The notes under the pieces were generated by a model. It was not told where the DNA came from. It ran no database searches and worked only from the letters and a program-made list of their open reading frames with translations. DNA of 64,000 bases from a virus. Both the position numbers and the translations under genes were made by a program. The stretch is from the IMG/VR virus record IMGVR_UViG_3300035034_003571, positions 67,160-131,159 of that record. One strand, given 5' to 3'. Below, in pieces: positions 1 to 10,739 of the stretch (positions within the stretch are counted from its first letter, which is position 1; each line of letters starts with the position of its first letter).

Positions 1-3000
1 CCAATCTGCTGCTCTAAAACTTTGGGTATAACAAAAGTAAACTCGTCCGCTCCAAATGGAATTATGACTGGCCAATCCCCGTTTATATCTGGTAAAGATC
101 CTTTAATATAAATAGTGGATCCATCAACAAAATTATGGGGAGTTGTAGTTTTAATTTCAGCAAAAGAGTATTGAAAAAGACTTCCAACCCTATTAGAAAT
201 TATTGATGCTATTTCTAGATCGTCTTGAGCGAATGTAAATTCAGCTGATGGAGAAATCCCATCTATATTAGATTTAACTAAAACATTTTGTCCTTCATAT
301 GCAGAATTTCCATAGTTTATAAAATTTAATGCATCATATGATATGGTTTTTCTTGCTTCTTCGTATGTACTTCCTTCCCCTGGATATTCCCAAATCCCTG
401 AATAATCATTCCATGGACGAATCATTTGATCCCATGTATATTCCACGTTTTCATGATATCTGGTCCAAGCATCAATATCTATGGTTCTTGGAGAAACCTC
501 TACAGCCTCGTCTATAATCTTAGTACTTCTAAAATTATATGAATCATAAACATGGCAAGTTAATTTATAAATTCCGGTATATGGTAAAAAATGGGGAATT
601 TTATAAAAGTCCATTATAGGACCTCTAAATCTAAATTCGTAAGGAGTTCCTTCCTGATTAGTATCTTTTACTATTATCCATTCAATCTCTACATAATTGG
701 AGAAATTAATATTATCCCAAGTCAATAGACTTAAATTTTGCTTATCTGAAAATATAGAAGATTCGCCAAAAGTACTAGTTCCTAATCCAGTAGAAATTGT
801 ATATAAACCCGTTGTATAATCTATATCTATTATCTGCCCTACCTCATCTAAATAAATAAAACTTCCGGTAGAATCGTCGCCTTTAATAGTTACAGATTCC
901 CCTACCTCCATTACAGGAATCTGTAAGGAATCCCAGGTTACGTTTAATTCGTCCCAAGTAACCTCGTCTAGCTCTAAAGTAAATATAACAGGCATTCCAA
1001 TTGGAGCTGGGAATATTTCTCCCGTTTTAGGATCTATAAAAGAATTTGGATCGTATCTATAATCTCCAAGTTCTACGATTTCTCCATTTTGCTTTTTCCT
1101 ATAAAAACCCTCTATAGATTCAATAAGAGATCTAGCCTCTTTTCCAGAATACTTTTGATTATTAGATAGAGGATTAGAAATGTTACCAAAGTCAGAAATT
1201 GCTGGAGTAGTTGTAGTTATTGCCCCATTCATATTTGGATTTTCTATTCCAGAGTAGTAATAAAGATCTATATTTTCACCTGGGGTTAGATCTAAAATGA
1301 TTTCCTCCCCGTTTTTTGCTCCGTTGTTTATTACTCCGTCAGGAGGATCTAAACCTAAGCCAGAATCTCTGGTTATAAATAGCGGATAATCTTCGGAATC
1401 ATTTCTTATAATGAATCTTTTTCCCCTCTGGAATGATAGAGTTGGATTATTACCTAAATATCCACTAACTCTAAATGCATCTCCATAACCAGCAGAGGTA
1501 AAAGTTAAACTTATGACATCGTTATAGTTACTAGGTATCTGTATTGAATTTACATTTTTCCTAACTCCGAAAGCACTAAGATCTTCAATAAATCCAAAAT
1601 CCGGGTTTATTGAAAGTTCTGGATTGAATCCAGAATCAACATCTAACCTATCTACAGTATCACTCCAAGACCTAGTATTATAAATATTATAATAAACCCC
1701 CTCTCCCGTTATATCTATAATTCTCGCATTGAGAGGAAGATACGTTTCCTTTAACCTTTCCTTTAGTGCAAATAATTTAAGAATTACCTCCTCTTGTGAA
1801 AACATAAAAACGTCTTCCATTATAGGATACCCGTAAGGGTCTGTATCCCCAGTAGGTCTTTGTATATCATAATAAAGACCGAAAAAAGAAGTCTTCTTGT
1901 AGGTATTACTGGGAACTAATGTACTTCCGGACGAAACATCTAAAACATAATCTCCATCTTCATTGGGACCATATGTTTGGGTCAATTTATATTTCCCTGT
2001 ATTCTCGTTATCGAGTACATCTTTTATTAATACATTTTGTGTATATTTTCCATCTACTGATCTTATTTCTTCCAAAAATCCTGTGGTAGATTGGAGCGGG
2101 GTTATAACAGCCTCGTTATATTTAACATTAAGCCAATATTCCTTAACCCTTAAATCTTGATATCCAAAAAATCTAATTGCATTTATTAATCCTCGATAGC
2201 TTCCAATATAGGGGAATATTTCTTCCCCTGCAATCATTAATTCCTTTCTTTTCTCATTGATCTCTATATAGTCAGGAAGAGGCTCGCTTGGGTCATGATC
2301 TCTAAGTATTGTGGAATCTTTCGGTACAAATGCCCTTCCCAAATTTCTAGTTAAAACATCCAGTCTTTCGTCGTCACCGATAACTTCACCATAAAAATCT
2401 AATTCTAGAACTTTCACCGGACCATTATCAGTTAGCTCTTCAACTACCATTTTTCTCTCGTAAACTTCGGCTCCAATATTAATGGTATTCATAGCTACAT
2501 TTATAGCTAAATGGGAACTAATATTTTCAGTAGTTACAATATATCCATCTTCATAAAAATCACTAGCATCTTCCAGAATTTCATATGCAACATTTGGGTA
2601 ATTATAGATAGCAGGCTCGCCTGTTTCTGGGTCATTTTCCGAAACTTTATAATTAAATATTATATTAGTTACGTCTGTATTCCCATATTTATTATTAGTC
2701 CATCGGGTCCTCCATATATTTTTAGAATTAATATCAGGATCAGAATGAGGATATCCAAGTACTACTGGTCCATCTGAGACTTCTTTGAATTCTTGAATTA
2801 CATATACCTGAAAATTCTCAAAAAGCCCAGCTGAAACTTCTTCGAAATATGCAGCCCCTTTAAAGTATCCCCCTGGTCTATCAATATATGACGTTTCGAA
2901 ATATAATTTTTTACCATCTCCTATAAAAGTGTTCCCTGTGAAAGCTTTGAATGTAACCTCAACCTCAGTAGAGCTTAAAGTAATAGAATCAACTTTTCCT

Positions 3001-3302
3001 GATATTTTATTAGGACTAGCAAGTATAGAAATATCTATGGTTATTTCCGCTCCTTTTAAAAGATAATCAGAAACCTCAGAAGCCCACATTTCTATAGAAA
3101 ATCCATTTACGTCTTTTATATTAAGAGTGATTTTATTCTGTGAATCTAACAAAGAAACGTCTACGTTTCCTTTTATGGAAGAATCATCATCAGAGACATA
3201 CAAAAATTCCGCATCCGCTGAACTAGCTCCGGTAGGGCCAACATATTCAAAATTTAAAGGATCTCCTTTTTTATCAAAAAATAATAAATTTCTATTAGCC
3301 AT
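1..3302 (-). CDS. Large baseplate wedge/tail structural protein (gp7-like), partial; runs off the left edge
   Basis: ATG at 3302 (MANRNLLFFDKKGDPLNF...). It is absent from the ORF track, consistent with no stop before the window edge. I translated the N-terminal part and the window-edge end in the same frame. It contains FPYIGSYRGLINAIRFFGY (wedge-like) and TTTPHNFVDGSTIYIKGS, and lies downstream of the gp6-like gene. Confidence 0.6.
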   Translation of the reverse strand, partial: MANRNLLFFDKKGDPLNFEYVGPTGASSADAEFLYVSDDDSSIKGNVDVSLLDSQNKITLNIKDVNGFSIEMWASEVSDYLLKGAEITIDISILASPNKISGKVDSITLSSTEVEVTFKAFTGNTFIGDGKKLYFETSYIDRPGGYFKGAAYFEEVSAGLFENFQVYVIQEFKEVSDGPVVLGYPHSDPDINSKNIWRTRWTNNKYGNTDVTNIIFNYKVSENDPETGEPAIYNYPNVAYEILEDASDFYEDGYIVTTENISSHLAINVAMNTINIGAEVYERKMVVEELTDNGPVKVLELDFYGEVIGDDERLDVLTRNLGRAFVPKDSTILRDHDPSEPLPDYIEINEKRKELMIAGEEIFPYIGSYRGLINAIRFFGYQDLRVKEYWLNVKYNEAVITPLQSTTGFLEEIRSVDGKYTQNVLIKDVLDNENTGKYKLTQTYGPNEDGDYVLDVSSGSTLVPSNTYKKTSFFGLYYDIQRPTGDTDPYGYPIMEDVFMFSQEEVILKLFALKERLKETYLPLNARIIDITGEGVYYNIYNTRSWSDTVDRLDVDSGFNPELSINPDFGFIEDLSAFGVRKNVNSIQIPSNYNDVISLTFTSAGYGDAFRVSGYLGNNPTLSFQRGKRFIIRNDSEDYPLFITRDSGLGLDPPDGVINNGAKNGEEIILDLTPGENIDLYYYSGIENPNMNGAITTTTPAISDFGNISNPLSNNQKYSGKEARSLIESIEGFYRKKQNGEIVELGDYRYDPNSFIDPKTGEIFPAPIGMPVIFTLELDEVTWDELNVTWDSLQIPVMEVGESVTIKGDDSTGSFIYLDEVGQIIDIDYTTGLYTISTGLGTSTFGESSIFSDKQNLSLLTWDNINFSNYVEIEWIIVKDTNQEGTPYEFRFRGPIMDFYKIPHFLPYTGIYKLTCHVYDSYNFRSTKIIDEAVEVSPRTIDIDAWTRYHENVEYTWDQMIRPWNDYSGIWEYPGEGSTYEEARKTISYDALNFINYGNSAYEGQNVLVKSNIDGISPSAEFTFAQDDLEIASIISNRVGSLFQYSFAEIKTTTPHNFVDGSTIYIKGSLPDINGDWPVIIPFGADEFTFVIPKVLEQQI

Positions 3303-3833
3303 TTAAAAAACTCTTTTATTGTTTTTAGGTACAGTATAATTAAAAAAGTTTTTTATTTGTTTTACGCTTTCTATCAAAGCAAAAATAACTTTTTGTAATT
3401 CTTTTAATATGGATTCTTTTGTAGGATCTCTAAAAATAACATTCGACATTGTATTTTCCATAATACTCTCCTTATAATCATACCCTTCCCTAACGTTATC
3501 GTTAATAGAATCTCTCACATCTTTTAAATTATCAGTAGGATCAAAAGCGTAATATTTCCTTTTCATATTTGAAGGAACTATATGAGTTAATATTTCATTA
3601 TATTCATTAGGATCCGAACAAGGAGAATATTTATATTCACCCCTAGAATTTATAATTACTCTTCTATATCCAGAGCATCCCATATTATATGCTCTATCCT
3701 CGGCAAGTTCCACAGTATCATAAACATCTTTTTTAGAATATTTCGTACTGACACTGGACCTAAGTTTTAAGCCTACCGGAGAATAAGTAAATGCTTCATT
3801 CTCTTCAAAATATGGGGTATAGTCTCTTTTCAT
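3303..3833 (-). CDS. Hypothetical baseplate-associated protein
   Basis: 176 aa ORF translationally coupled in the baseplate operon; has a small AEDRAYNMGCSG...YSPC module. Confidence 0.5.
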   Translation of the reverse strand: MKRDYTPYFEENEAFTYSPVGLKLRSSVSTKYSKKDVYDTVELAEDRAYNMGCSGYRRVIINSRGEYKYSPCSDPNEYNEILTHIVPSNMKRKYYAFDPTDNLKDVRDSINDNVREGYDYKESIMENTMSNVIFRDPTKESILKELQKVIFALIESVKQIKNFFNYTVPKNNKRVF

Positions 3834-3837
3834 ATTA

Positions 3838-5562
3838 TTATTGGTTTTTGGCTATCAAAGCTTTTTTCTGTTGTGCAGACCTTTGGGCTCCATAACCCTT
3901 TGGAACTATTTCGGTAACGGTAATATTTAAACTTCCGGGTTTATTTTTAACTATTCCTTCATCAAAGAAAAGTCCATCTCTATCTTCGAACCCACCTCTT
4001 AGAAGTACTAATTCATCTTTGTCCATAATTATATCTCCATATTCGTTAAGACCCAATAATTTTGATTTTTCTCCCGTAGAAAGGTTGTTTAATTCTTTAG
4101 TAGTTAATTTATTAGCTTCGTTTTTCTGTCCTATAAAATAAAAGGAAACTGAATCTATTCCAGGAATACCTTCAATTATAGCTATAATATCTGATTTTGG
4201 AACTCTATCTCTTCTTTTTAGGTTTATAAAATATTCACCTAACTGGTCCCTGATATTATCCTTTATTATATCTATATCATATCCCTCAAAAACCGTTATT
4301 ACTGCATTTCCAACATATCTAGTTATACTAGGTTCAAGGATTTTAACAACAGTAGAAGCTATCATAGAACCTGAATCTTCTATAAGATTAAGAACTTGTA
4401 ACCTCTGCGATCTAGTTAACAAGAAATCTTGGATGTCTAAATCAAAATAATCCTCGTTGGATTCCAAGTTTAAGTTAACATTTGGAACCAAATAAATATA
4501 GATAACATTATCATCCTGTAGATTATTATCATCGAAGGTAGAAAATGCACTAACCTGAGAAAATACACCAAGTCTTTCTAGAAAAATTTCATAGTTTTCA
4601 GCATTAGCAAAAACAAAGGATCTACTAGTTTTAGGTGCAACTAACTTTATTAATTCAACAGATTCAGGATCGGCTCCAAATGAGGGATCAACTTCTGGCT
4701 TTATTTCTAAATAATTATTTAGATTTACTTCTCTACCAAATAAATCCTCTCCAGAATCACTGAATACGAAAGTTAAAGGATTATCCCTAGTTGATACCAT
4801 ATTCCCGGCAAATCCTAAAGATTCTAAATATCTAACTCTAATTAAAGATCCTCTTTGTGGAACTTTTCCAAAATTAGTATTTCCAAAATAAATATCTACC
4901 CCTGTTGAAATCCCACTTTTAGAAAGAAATCCCCTTCCGTCATATGGTATATCATAAAGGGAATCATATTTTTCCCATTTTTCTTCATTAACAAATACAT
5001 TAACATATTGTTGATCTACATAAGCTCCAGCAATACTATTAACATTAAAACTTTGTAAGTTTCTCTGAGTTCCGGTAAAAGTAGATTCTTTAAAAGTTCC
5101 TTGAACTATTTTAAATTTCTTTAAATTTCCAGAGGTCAATGTAAATTTGGTTTTATTTTCATTCATTACTAGGGTATAAAACAAACCATTCTGTTCACAT
5201 CTAATCCTAGTATTATTATTCAATATTATAGCACCCCCATCTATATCAGATTCCTTATTGTTCCATTTTAAATAAACTTCCCCTTGAGCAGTAGTTGCTC
5301 TTCCTGGATCATAACCTGCTATCCTAGCCAAACTTTTAACCGAATAGTCTCTAGTAGCTTGCATTATATTTAATTCAGTTATAGAGTCTTCTATAAAATA
5401 AAGAATTAACTGAGAAAGGTTCTGTAAAACAAACAGAATTTGTCCCCATGCAGAAGCAACGGTAAAAACATTTCTTGATTGATCATAAGCTCTCTGTAAA
5501 TAATCAAAAGAATCTGCTACCAATCCTTGTATTAAAATGTTGTTTTTCTTGAATATATTCAT
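3838..5562 (-). CDS. Baseplate wedge subunit (T4 gp6-like)
   Basis: ATRDYSVKSLARIAGYDP, IYFGNTNFGKVP and GADPESVELIK are typical gp6/baseplate J motifs; adjacent to the gp25-like gene. Confidence 0.85.
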   Translation of the reverse strand: MNIFKKNNILIQGLVADSFDYLQRAYDQSRNVFTVASAWGQILFVLQNLSQLILYFIEDSITELNIMQATRDYSVKSLARIAGYDPGRATTAQGEVYLKWNNKESDIDGGAIILNNNTRIRCEQNGLFYTLVMNENKTKFTLTSGNLKKFKIVQGTFKESTFTGTQRNLQSFNVNSIAGAYVDQQYVNVFVNEEKWEKYDSLYDIPYDGRGFLSKSGISTGVDIYFGNTNFGKVPQRGSLIRVRYLESLGFAGNMVSTRDNPLTFVFSDSGEDLFGREVNLNNYLEIKPEVDPSFGADPESVELIKLVAPKTSRSFVFANAENYEIFLERLGVFSQVSAFSTFDDNNLQDDNVIYIYLVPNVNLNLESNEDYFDLDIQDFLLTRSQRLQVLNLIEDSGSMIASTVVKILEPSITRYVGNAVITVFEGYDIDIIKDNIRDQLGEYFINLKRRDRVPKSDIIAIIEGIPGIDSVSFYFIGQKNEANKLTTKELNNLSTGEKSKLLGLNEYGDIIMDKDELVLLRGGFEDRDGLFFDEGIVKNKPGSLNITVTEIVPKGYGAQRSAQQKKALIAKNQ

Positions 5563-5567
5563 TTCTA

Positions 5568-5945
5568 TTAAAATACTTTTAAACTAACTACTGGGATGTT
5601 ACTATTGTCTCCTGCTACCGGAATATAGAAATCAAAAAGCCCTATATCTCTCTTAGTTCCTAATTGAAATTTTACATCAAAAGATCCACCAACATTAGAA
5701 AATTCGGGGGCGTAAGTAAATATATGCTTTCTAATTTGCTCTTTTATGGAATCTTCAGATAGATTCATTTCAAATAAAAGAGAATCTAGACCTAGACCAA
5801 AAAGCGGATCCCCCAGAACTTCACCTTTATTGGTTAACAGAAGCATCTTAATTTGACCTATGGCCATTTCTACTTTATCATTAACCTCTAATTGTCCTTC
5901 CTTATATCCTGGGTCTGACGGGTCTCTATTGTAAATTTCTTTCAT
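5568..5945 (-). CDS. Baseplate wedge protein (gp25-like)
   Basis: IKMLLLTNKGEVLGDPLFG matches the GPW/gp25 signature (LLTxxGERxxxPxFG). Confidence 0.85.
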   Translation of the reverse strand: MKEIYNRDPSDPGYKEGQLEVNDKVEMAIGQIKMLLLTNKGEVLGDPLFGLGLDSLLFEMNLSEDSIKEQIRKHIFTYAPEFSNVGGSFDVKFQLGTKRDIGLFDFYIPVAGDNSNIPVVSLKVF

Positions 5946-5966
5946 AGGAAATTCTTAGTTTCCTAT

Positions 5967-5974
5967 TATATATC
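5967..5974 (-). promoter_or_regulatory. Putative late promoter GATATATA (gp25-like operon)
   Basis: Recurrent octamer about 20-40 nt upstream of structural gene starts. Confidence 0.65.
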
Positions 5975-6034
5975 ACAAGATCCGTGATTGAGAAATTATT
6001 TTATTTATGATATATAGAGAAAATACGGCAAGAT

Positions 6035-7318
6035 ATGAATAATTTATATGATATATTGAGAGAGCTTAAATCTAGAAAAAATCCCCAAGTTGGTCCAGTT
6101 TTAAGGAAGATTAAAAGAGATGAGATAATTATTAAGCATATAAACAAAGAAACTAGATTTCTTGATAGTATATATAAAAATATTTCCATTCAGCAAAGAT
6201 TTTATCACGTATGGTTTAATATAACAAACCCTCCAAAATGTGAGTATTGTGAAGATGTAAAAAAATTCTCACAATACTCTAGATTTTCTATAGATCAAAA
6301 TAAAAAGGATTCAAATTATTATAAATATTGTGGAGGGATTAAATGTATAACCAAAGATTTTATAGAAAGAGGTTGTGGGAATCAAGGGTATGGTGCATTA
6401 ATAGCTAAAATAAAAAATGATCCGAAATTATACGAAGATCTTTGTTCAGAAACAAAATTCTTGGATGTTTTTTATGATGATATATCAAATTCCCAAAGAT
6501 TCTATCACATTTTTTTCGAATCTTACGAAATAGAAAAATGTGAATTTTGTGGAACCCCGAAAAAATTCACATTTAATGATAAATTTTCTACCAATAAAAA
6601 TAAAAGGGATTCAAATTATTGTAAATCATGTAATTCAAAAGAATGTATTTTATTGGCAACTATTAAAGAATCAAAAAAAGGGGTATTTAATAAATATGGG
6701 GTTACGAACATTTGGGAAATTCCAGGATATCGAGAAAAATTAACTAACACGAATTTAATCAAATACGGGAGCGAATATATTATGGGGAGCGAACACTTTA
6801 AAGATAAAGTAAAGGAAACTATAAATATTAAATGGGGAGGTGACCATCCAACTAAACACGAAAAGACTAAGAATAAAAAATACGAAACGAATCTAAAAAA
6901 ATATGGATTTTCCTGCGCATTACAAAATTCACAAATCCAAGAAAAACAACTTAAGTCCTGTTTTAAATCTAAAAAATATAAAATGACATCGGGTAAAATT
7001 GTTTATGTACAAGGATATGAACCATGGGCATTAGATATTTTACTAGCAAAATATCAAGAAAATGATATTATAGTTGATAAAACGGGGATTGAAAAATATA
7101 TAGGGAAGACGAAATATATTAATGAAAATAATAAAACATGCATATATTTCCCAGATATTTATATTAAATCTATTAATGAAATAATCGAAGTGAAATCAGA
7201 ATACACATACCTAATAAACGAAAACGAAAATATTCTCAAGAAAAATGCTATACTCAATAAAGGGATTAAATTTTCTTTTTGGATTTTCGACATTAATAAA
7301 AACCTAAGAATAATTTAA
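6035..7318 (+). mobile_element. Free-standing putative homing endonuclease: Zn-ribbon repeats, KYG repeats and a C-terminal PD-(D/E)XK domain
   Basis: Opposite strand to its neighbours; duplicated QRFYH...CExC unit; KYG repeats; FPDIYIKSINEIIEVKS nuclease motif. Confidence 0.65.
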
Positions 7319-7345
7319 CATAATCGATTGATTATCAACATATTA

Positions 7346-8140
7346 TCAATTCCATTGAAGGAAAAAATGCGGAGTATTTTCTCCGTCTATCATATCTTTA
7401 ACCTCCTGAAGTTCATTTTCTCCGTCGGTTCTTAAGTCTGAAGGGTTTACCTGGACCCCGCCAGGAAGATTATAGTTGAACGCACTTAGCATTCTCGCTA
7501 AGTTTATTTTAGCTCTAGCTATAGTATATCTTACGAATAATTCATCGTCATATAATTCATCATCATCCAAAGCAACAAAGCATCTTATAGCTACATCTAC
7601 TCCTCCTGGATCGAAAGCTCCTTTGTTACTTTGTGGACCAGATTCTCCTCCGACTCCACTTCTGTATGGATCCCTACCTAAAATAGTTAGTTTCTTAGAA
7701 TTTTTATTCCATTTATAGGCAAACGTTTCTAGCATATAAGCTCTAGCTAAATCAAAATATGAATACATTACTGTTCTATATACTAAGTTGTCTCCCACGA
7801 AAGGTGACATTAAAAGTTCAGATCCTAGAAGTTTGGAATCTCCGAAATCCTTGTCTGGGTTTCCACTTATTCCAGTTCCATTAACTTCTCTAACGTCATG
7901 AACCGTTATGATTTTAGCTGGAAGTACTATCTGTCTGGTTCTTCTAAATTCTTGATGGTTAAAAACCTCACTAGCAACTACCATTACTCTTTCTTCTACA
8001 GCGTACTGATAATTATCATACATCCATGCTCTAGCTCTTTTTATTATCCTTTTAATTTCAGGTTCTTTTAGATTATAAGGTAAAGAACAGCTATGTGAAA
8101 GATCATCCTGTATTTCTTTTATTAATTCGGCTTCGGTCAT
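7346..8140 (-). CDS. Neck protein (T4 gp13-like)
   Basis: FKWN-like YKWNKNSKKLTILG and C-terminal LPGGVQVN...GENELQE are typical of gp13. Confidence 0.75.
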   Translation of the reverse strand: MTEAELIKEIQDDLSHSCSLPYNLKEPEIKRIIKRARAWMYDNYQYAVEERVMVVASEVFNHQEFRRTRQIVLPAKIITVHDVREVNGTGISGNPDKDFGDSKLLGSELLMSPFVGDNLVYRTVMYSYFDLARAYMLETFAYKWNKNSKKLTILGRDPYRSGVGGESGPQSNKGAFDPGGVDVAIRCFVALDDDELYDDELFVRYTIARAKINLARMLSAFNYNLPGGVQVNPSDLRTDGENELQEVKDMIDGENTPHFFLQWN

Positions 8141-8144
8141 CTAA

Positions 8145-9545
8145 TCAATTATCATTTTTAAAAAAGAAGTCTTTGCTTTTATCGTTCTTATCTTTTAATC
8201 TAGAATCAGTAACAAACCTAGCATTTCTTTTTTCCGACCATCCTTTAACGGTCTCAGTAGTTTCGCTAATTTTAGCATTTTTAGCAGTATTTCCCGCTCT
8301 TAGTACTCCCCCCTCTATATCGCAGTCAATTTTTTTACCTTTAGAATCTATAAAGCAATCTATTAACTTATTAGAAAATTCAACGGAAGTATCTTTTATT
8401 TTACTGTTTTTGATATTGGATCCTCCAGCTACTTCAGAGTCTATAATTTCACTACCCCCAACTTTACAAGAATGAAAAACACAGTTTTTTATAACTGAAT
8501 TTTTAATATCACAATTTATTAGATCAAAACCAGAAATATTAAAAGCGTCTCTTATTTTAGCATCTTTTACTTGGAATCTACCTACACTGGTATCATAGTT
8601 CAAAAATCCTCTTTTTAAATTCCCATCCACTATAAGGTCAAATATTTTATCCCTTATTGTTGTATAGTAGGTTTTTATATTTTCGTCCCCTCCTTTAAGA
8701 TCAACTAATATATGAAAGTCAGGATAGTGAGTAAAAAACCTTTGGGGATTTGAAAAACTACTAACCACGTTTCTATACTCCTTCATCATAGTTTCCAACT
8801 TCGAAACATCATCTCTAGAATAACCAGAAATTCTGCCGCTTAGAATATCATAAATATAAAGACATACATAGTCCATTATTTCCCTGATATCTTTAGATTT
8901 TTTCTGGTAATCAAGCCCTCCTATGTAACGGATTTCAATATAGCCCTTAGAAAGTTTAGAAAAATTTACCCCATAATACTTATCTTCTGGGATTTTAAAT
9001 AACTTCGGATCGATATTTCTTATGTTTTCAACAGAAGAAAATCTATTCCTAGGTATTACTCTTTTTATAGATTTAGCATATACATTATTTGATCTATTTC
9101 CGAATTTTTTATAGATCATTCCTTCATTAAAACCTAAAATAAATTTGAGCCTATCTATATGTTCTATTCTATTTTTTAAATCAGTATCGAATTTATCGAA
9201 GCTTATAGAAAATTGGAAAGAACAAGAATCCGTAGTATACGCATTCTTGTCTATCCATCTTAGCATTTTATAAAATATTGGTATGGCTTCATTATAAGGT
9301 AAAGGTCCCGTTATCAACTCATACATTTTAGATCCTCCTGAATAATCAGGTTCTAATTTAAAGGTATTTCTATCAACCTTCATTTTAGAATGGTACTTAT
9401 CACAAAGCTCTACATTCTTACCAAGAACTTCGGAAATAGATTTCCTCATTTCTCCTTTAAGCATTCCAGAAAAGAATTCGAATTCGAATCCTATAACGGA
9501 AGAGGCTAATGCAGTTGCTTTATCAAAGTGGTTTCTTTTATTCAT
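8145..9545 (-). CDS. Putative amidoligase (COOH-NH2 ligase fold) with a C-terminal beta-helix-like repeat region
   Basis: IGFEFEF, EPDYS, YELITGPL, KYYGVNF and IEIRY motifs; repeated IKNS/IxDS strands at the C-terminus. Confidence 0.7.
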   Translation of the reverse strand: MNKRNHFDKATALASSVIGFEFEFFSGMLKGEMRKSISEVLGKNVELCDKYHSKMKVDRNTFKLEPDYSGGSKMYELITGPLPYNEAIPIFYKMLRWIDKNAYTTDSCSFQFSISFDKFDTDLKNRIEHIDRLKFILGFNEGMIYKKFGNRSNNVYAKSIKRVIPRNRFSSVENIRNIDPKLFKIPEDKYYGVNFSKLSKGYIEIRYIGGLDYQKKSKDIREIMDYVCLYIYDILSGRISGYSRDDVSKLETMMKEYRNVVSSFSNPQRFFTHYPDFHILVDLKGGDENIKTYYTTIRDKIFDLIVDGNLKRGFLNYDTSVGRFQVKDAKIRDAFNISGFDLINCDIKNSVIKNCVFHSCKVGGSEIIDSEVAGGSNIKNSKIKDTSVEFSNKLIDCFIDSKGKKIDCDIEGGVLRAGNTAKNAKISETTETVKGWSEKRNARFVTDSRLKDKNDKSKDFFFKNDN

Positions 9546-10704
9546 CCGATATCATCGCGAAAATTTTTCCTGCTATAGGATCTACCTCATAAATTACTAC
9601 AGTAGTTTCGTCTCCCGTACCCAAATCTGCTGCACTATGACTTAGATTATCATTAGGAACTAAAGCTAATGAACTAATTTCTGGAATTTCTACAAGAACC
9701 CCCGTCTTTTTTTTATGCTTAACTTTAGCGCTAAATTTAGGATTTTTTCCATTGTTTATTTCAGCCTCAAGTTCATACAACCTTAAAGTCTTTTCTAGTG
9801 GTTCAGAAAAGGTTAGAGTTAATCTATTATTATCTCTAACCTCTTTTACATAGAATTCTATTTCGTCACCTGGGCTAAAGCTACTTAGTTCACTAAATCC
9901 ACCCAATTCTGTTTTATGAAGTAATCCAGTATAAATATCTTCCCATTCAACAAAAACTCCAAAACTAGAAGTACCTGTTACTAATCCATGATATTTTTTA
10001 GTAAGATCCAATTCTTGAATTTTATGCTCCATTATTTTTTCAAGATATTTCTTATAAGAAATAATGAAAATATCCTTAGTTGGAATATAACTGTCGACCA
10101 TAACAGGAATCTCTTTTCCTATATAAGCTTCGAAATCGGTTATTTTATTAGCAGCAGCCAAAGATCCTGGAAGGAAACATTTTATTCCAGAAATATTAGC
10201 GATATATCCACCTTTGTTAATAGATTCAACTATAGCAGTATATGCAACTTTTTCCTCCTTTATCTGCATAAATAATTCAACTTTTAGACTATCTAAATAG
10301 TGATCTATGGCTGAACCGAAGTAATCGTCATTAACCTTTCTAACTACTAGAGTAATTCCAGTACCTACAGAAAAATCTAACCCAATTATATTTAATTTCT
10401 TGGCAGCTTTTAATTCTTTATTTAAGTCCACATATACGGTCTGTCCGCTTTTAGTGGAAGCAAAAACTTCTCCATCCAAAACACTATCTACCGTACATCC
10501 ATAGGCTTTCCCCTCGGTTAGATCTTTAGGTTCATATAGTATCCCACTATTGAAATAAGCATCATATATGGCCTTATCCTCTTGATTTAAATTTTTACTA
10601 TTTCTAGATTTTATCCTCTTTCGATAGGTTTTAGCATCTATCGCTGATTCCTCATAAGCTTCCCAATCAAATTCTTGGTCTTCTACTACTTTTTCTTTGT
10701 TCAT
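9538..10704 (-). CDS. Ribosomal protein S1 (bS1)-like multi-S1-domain protein
   Basis: NKGGYIANISGIKCFLPGS and GTSSFGVFVE...GLLHKTEL are S1 repeats; about 4 OB domains; N-terminal EFDWEAYE. Confidence 0.8.
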   Translation of the reverse strand: MNKEKVVEDQEFDWEAYEESAIDAKTYRKRIKSRNSKNLNQEDKAIYDAYFNSGILYEPKDLTEGKAYGCTVDSVLDGEVFASTKSGQTVYVDLNKELKAAKKLNIIGLDFSVGTGITLVVRKVNDDYFGSAIDHYLDSLKVELFMQIKEEKVAYTAIVESINKGGYIANISGIKCFLPGSLAAANKITDFEAYIGKEIPVMVDSYIPTKDIFIISYKKYLEKIMEHKIQELDLTKKYHGLVTGTSSFGVFVEWEDIYTGLLHKTELGGFSELSSFSPGDEIEFYVKEVRDNNRLTLTFSEPLEKTLRLYELEAEINNGKNPKFSAKVKHKKKTGVLVEIPEISSLALVPNDNLSHSAADLGTGDETTVVIYEVDPIAGKIFAMISDE

Positions 10705-10731
10705 TTTTTTAGTTTTAAAACGTGATTATCT

Positions 10732-10739
10732 TATATATC
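10732..10739 (-). promoter_or_regulatory. Putative late promoter GATATATA (S1-amidoligase-neck operon)
   Basis: Same octamer, 28 nt upstream of the ATG. Confidence 0.65.

Noticed and set aside
329-2777. Short plus-strand ORFs in the ORF track (here and throughout the window)
   Set aside because: They are antisense shadows of long minus-strand genes with no recognisable motifs.
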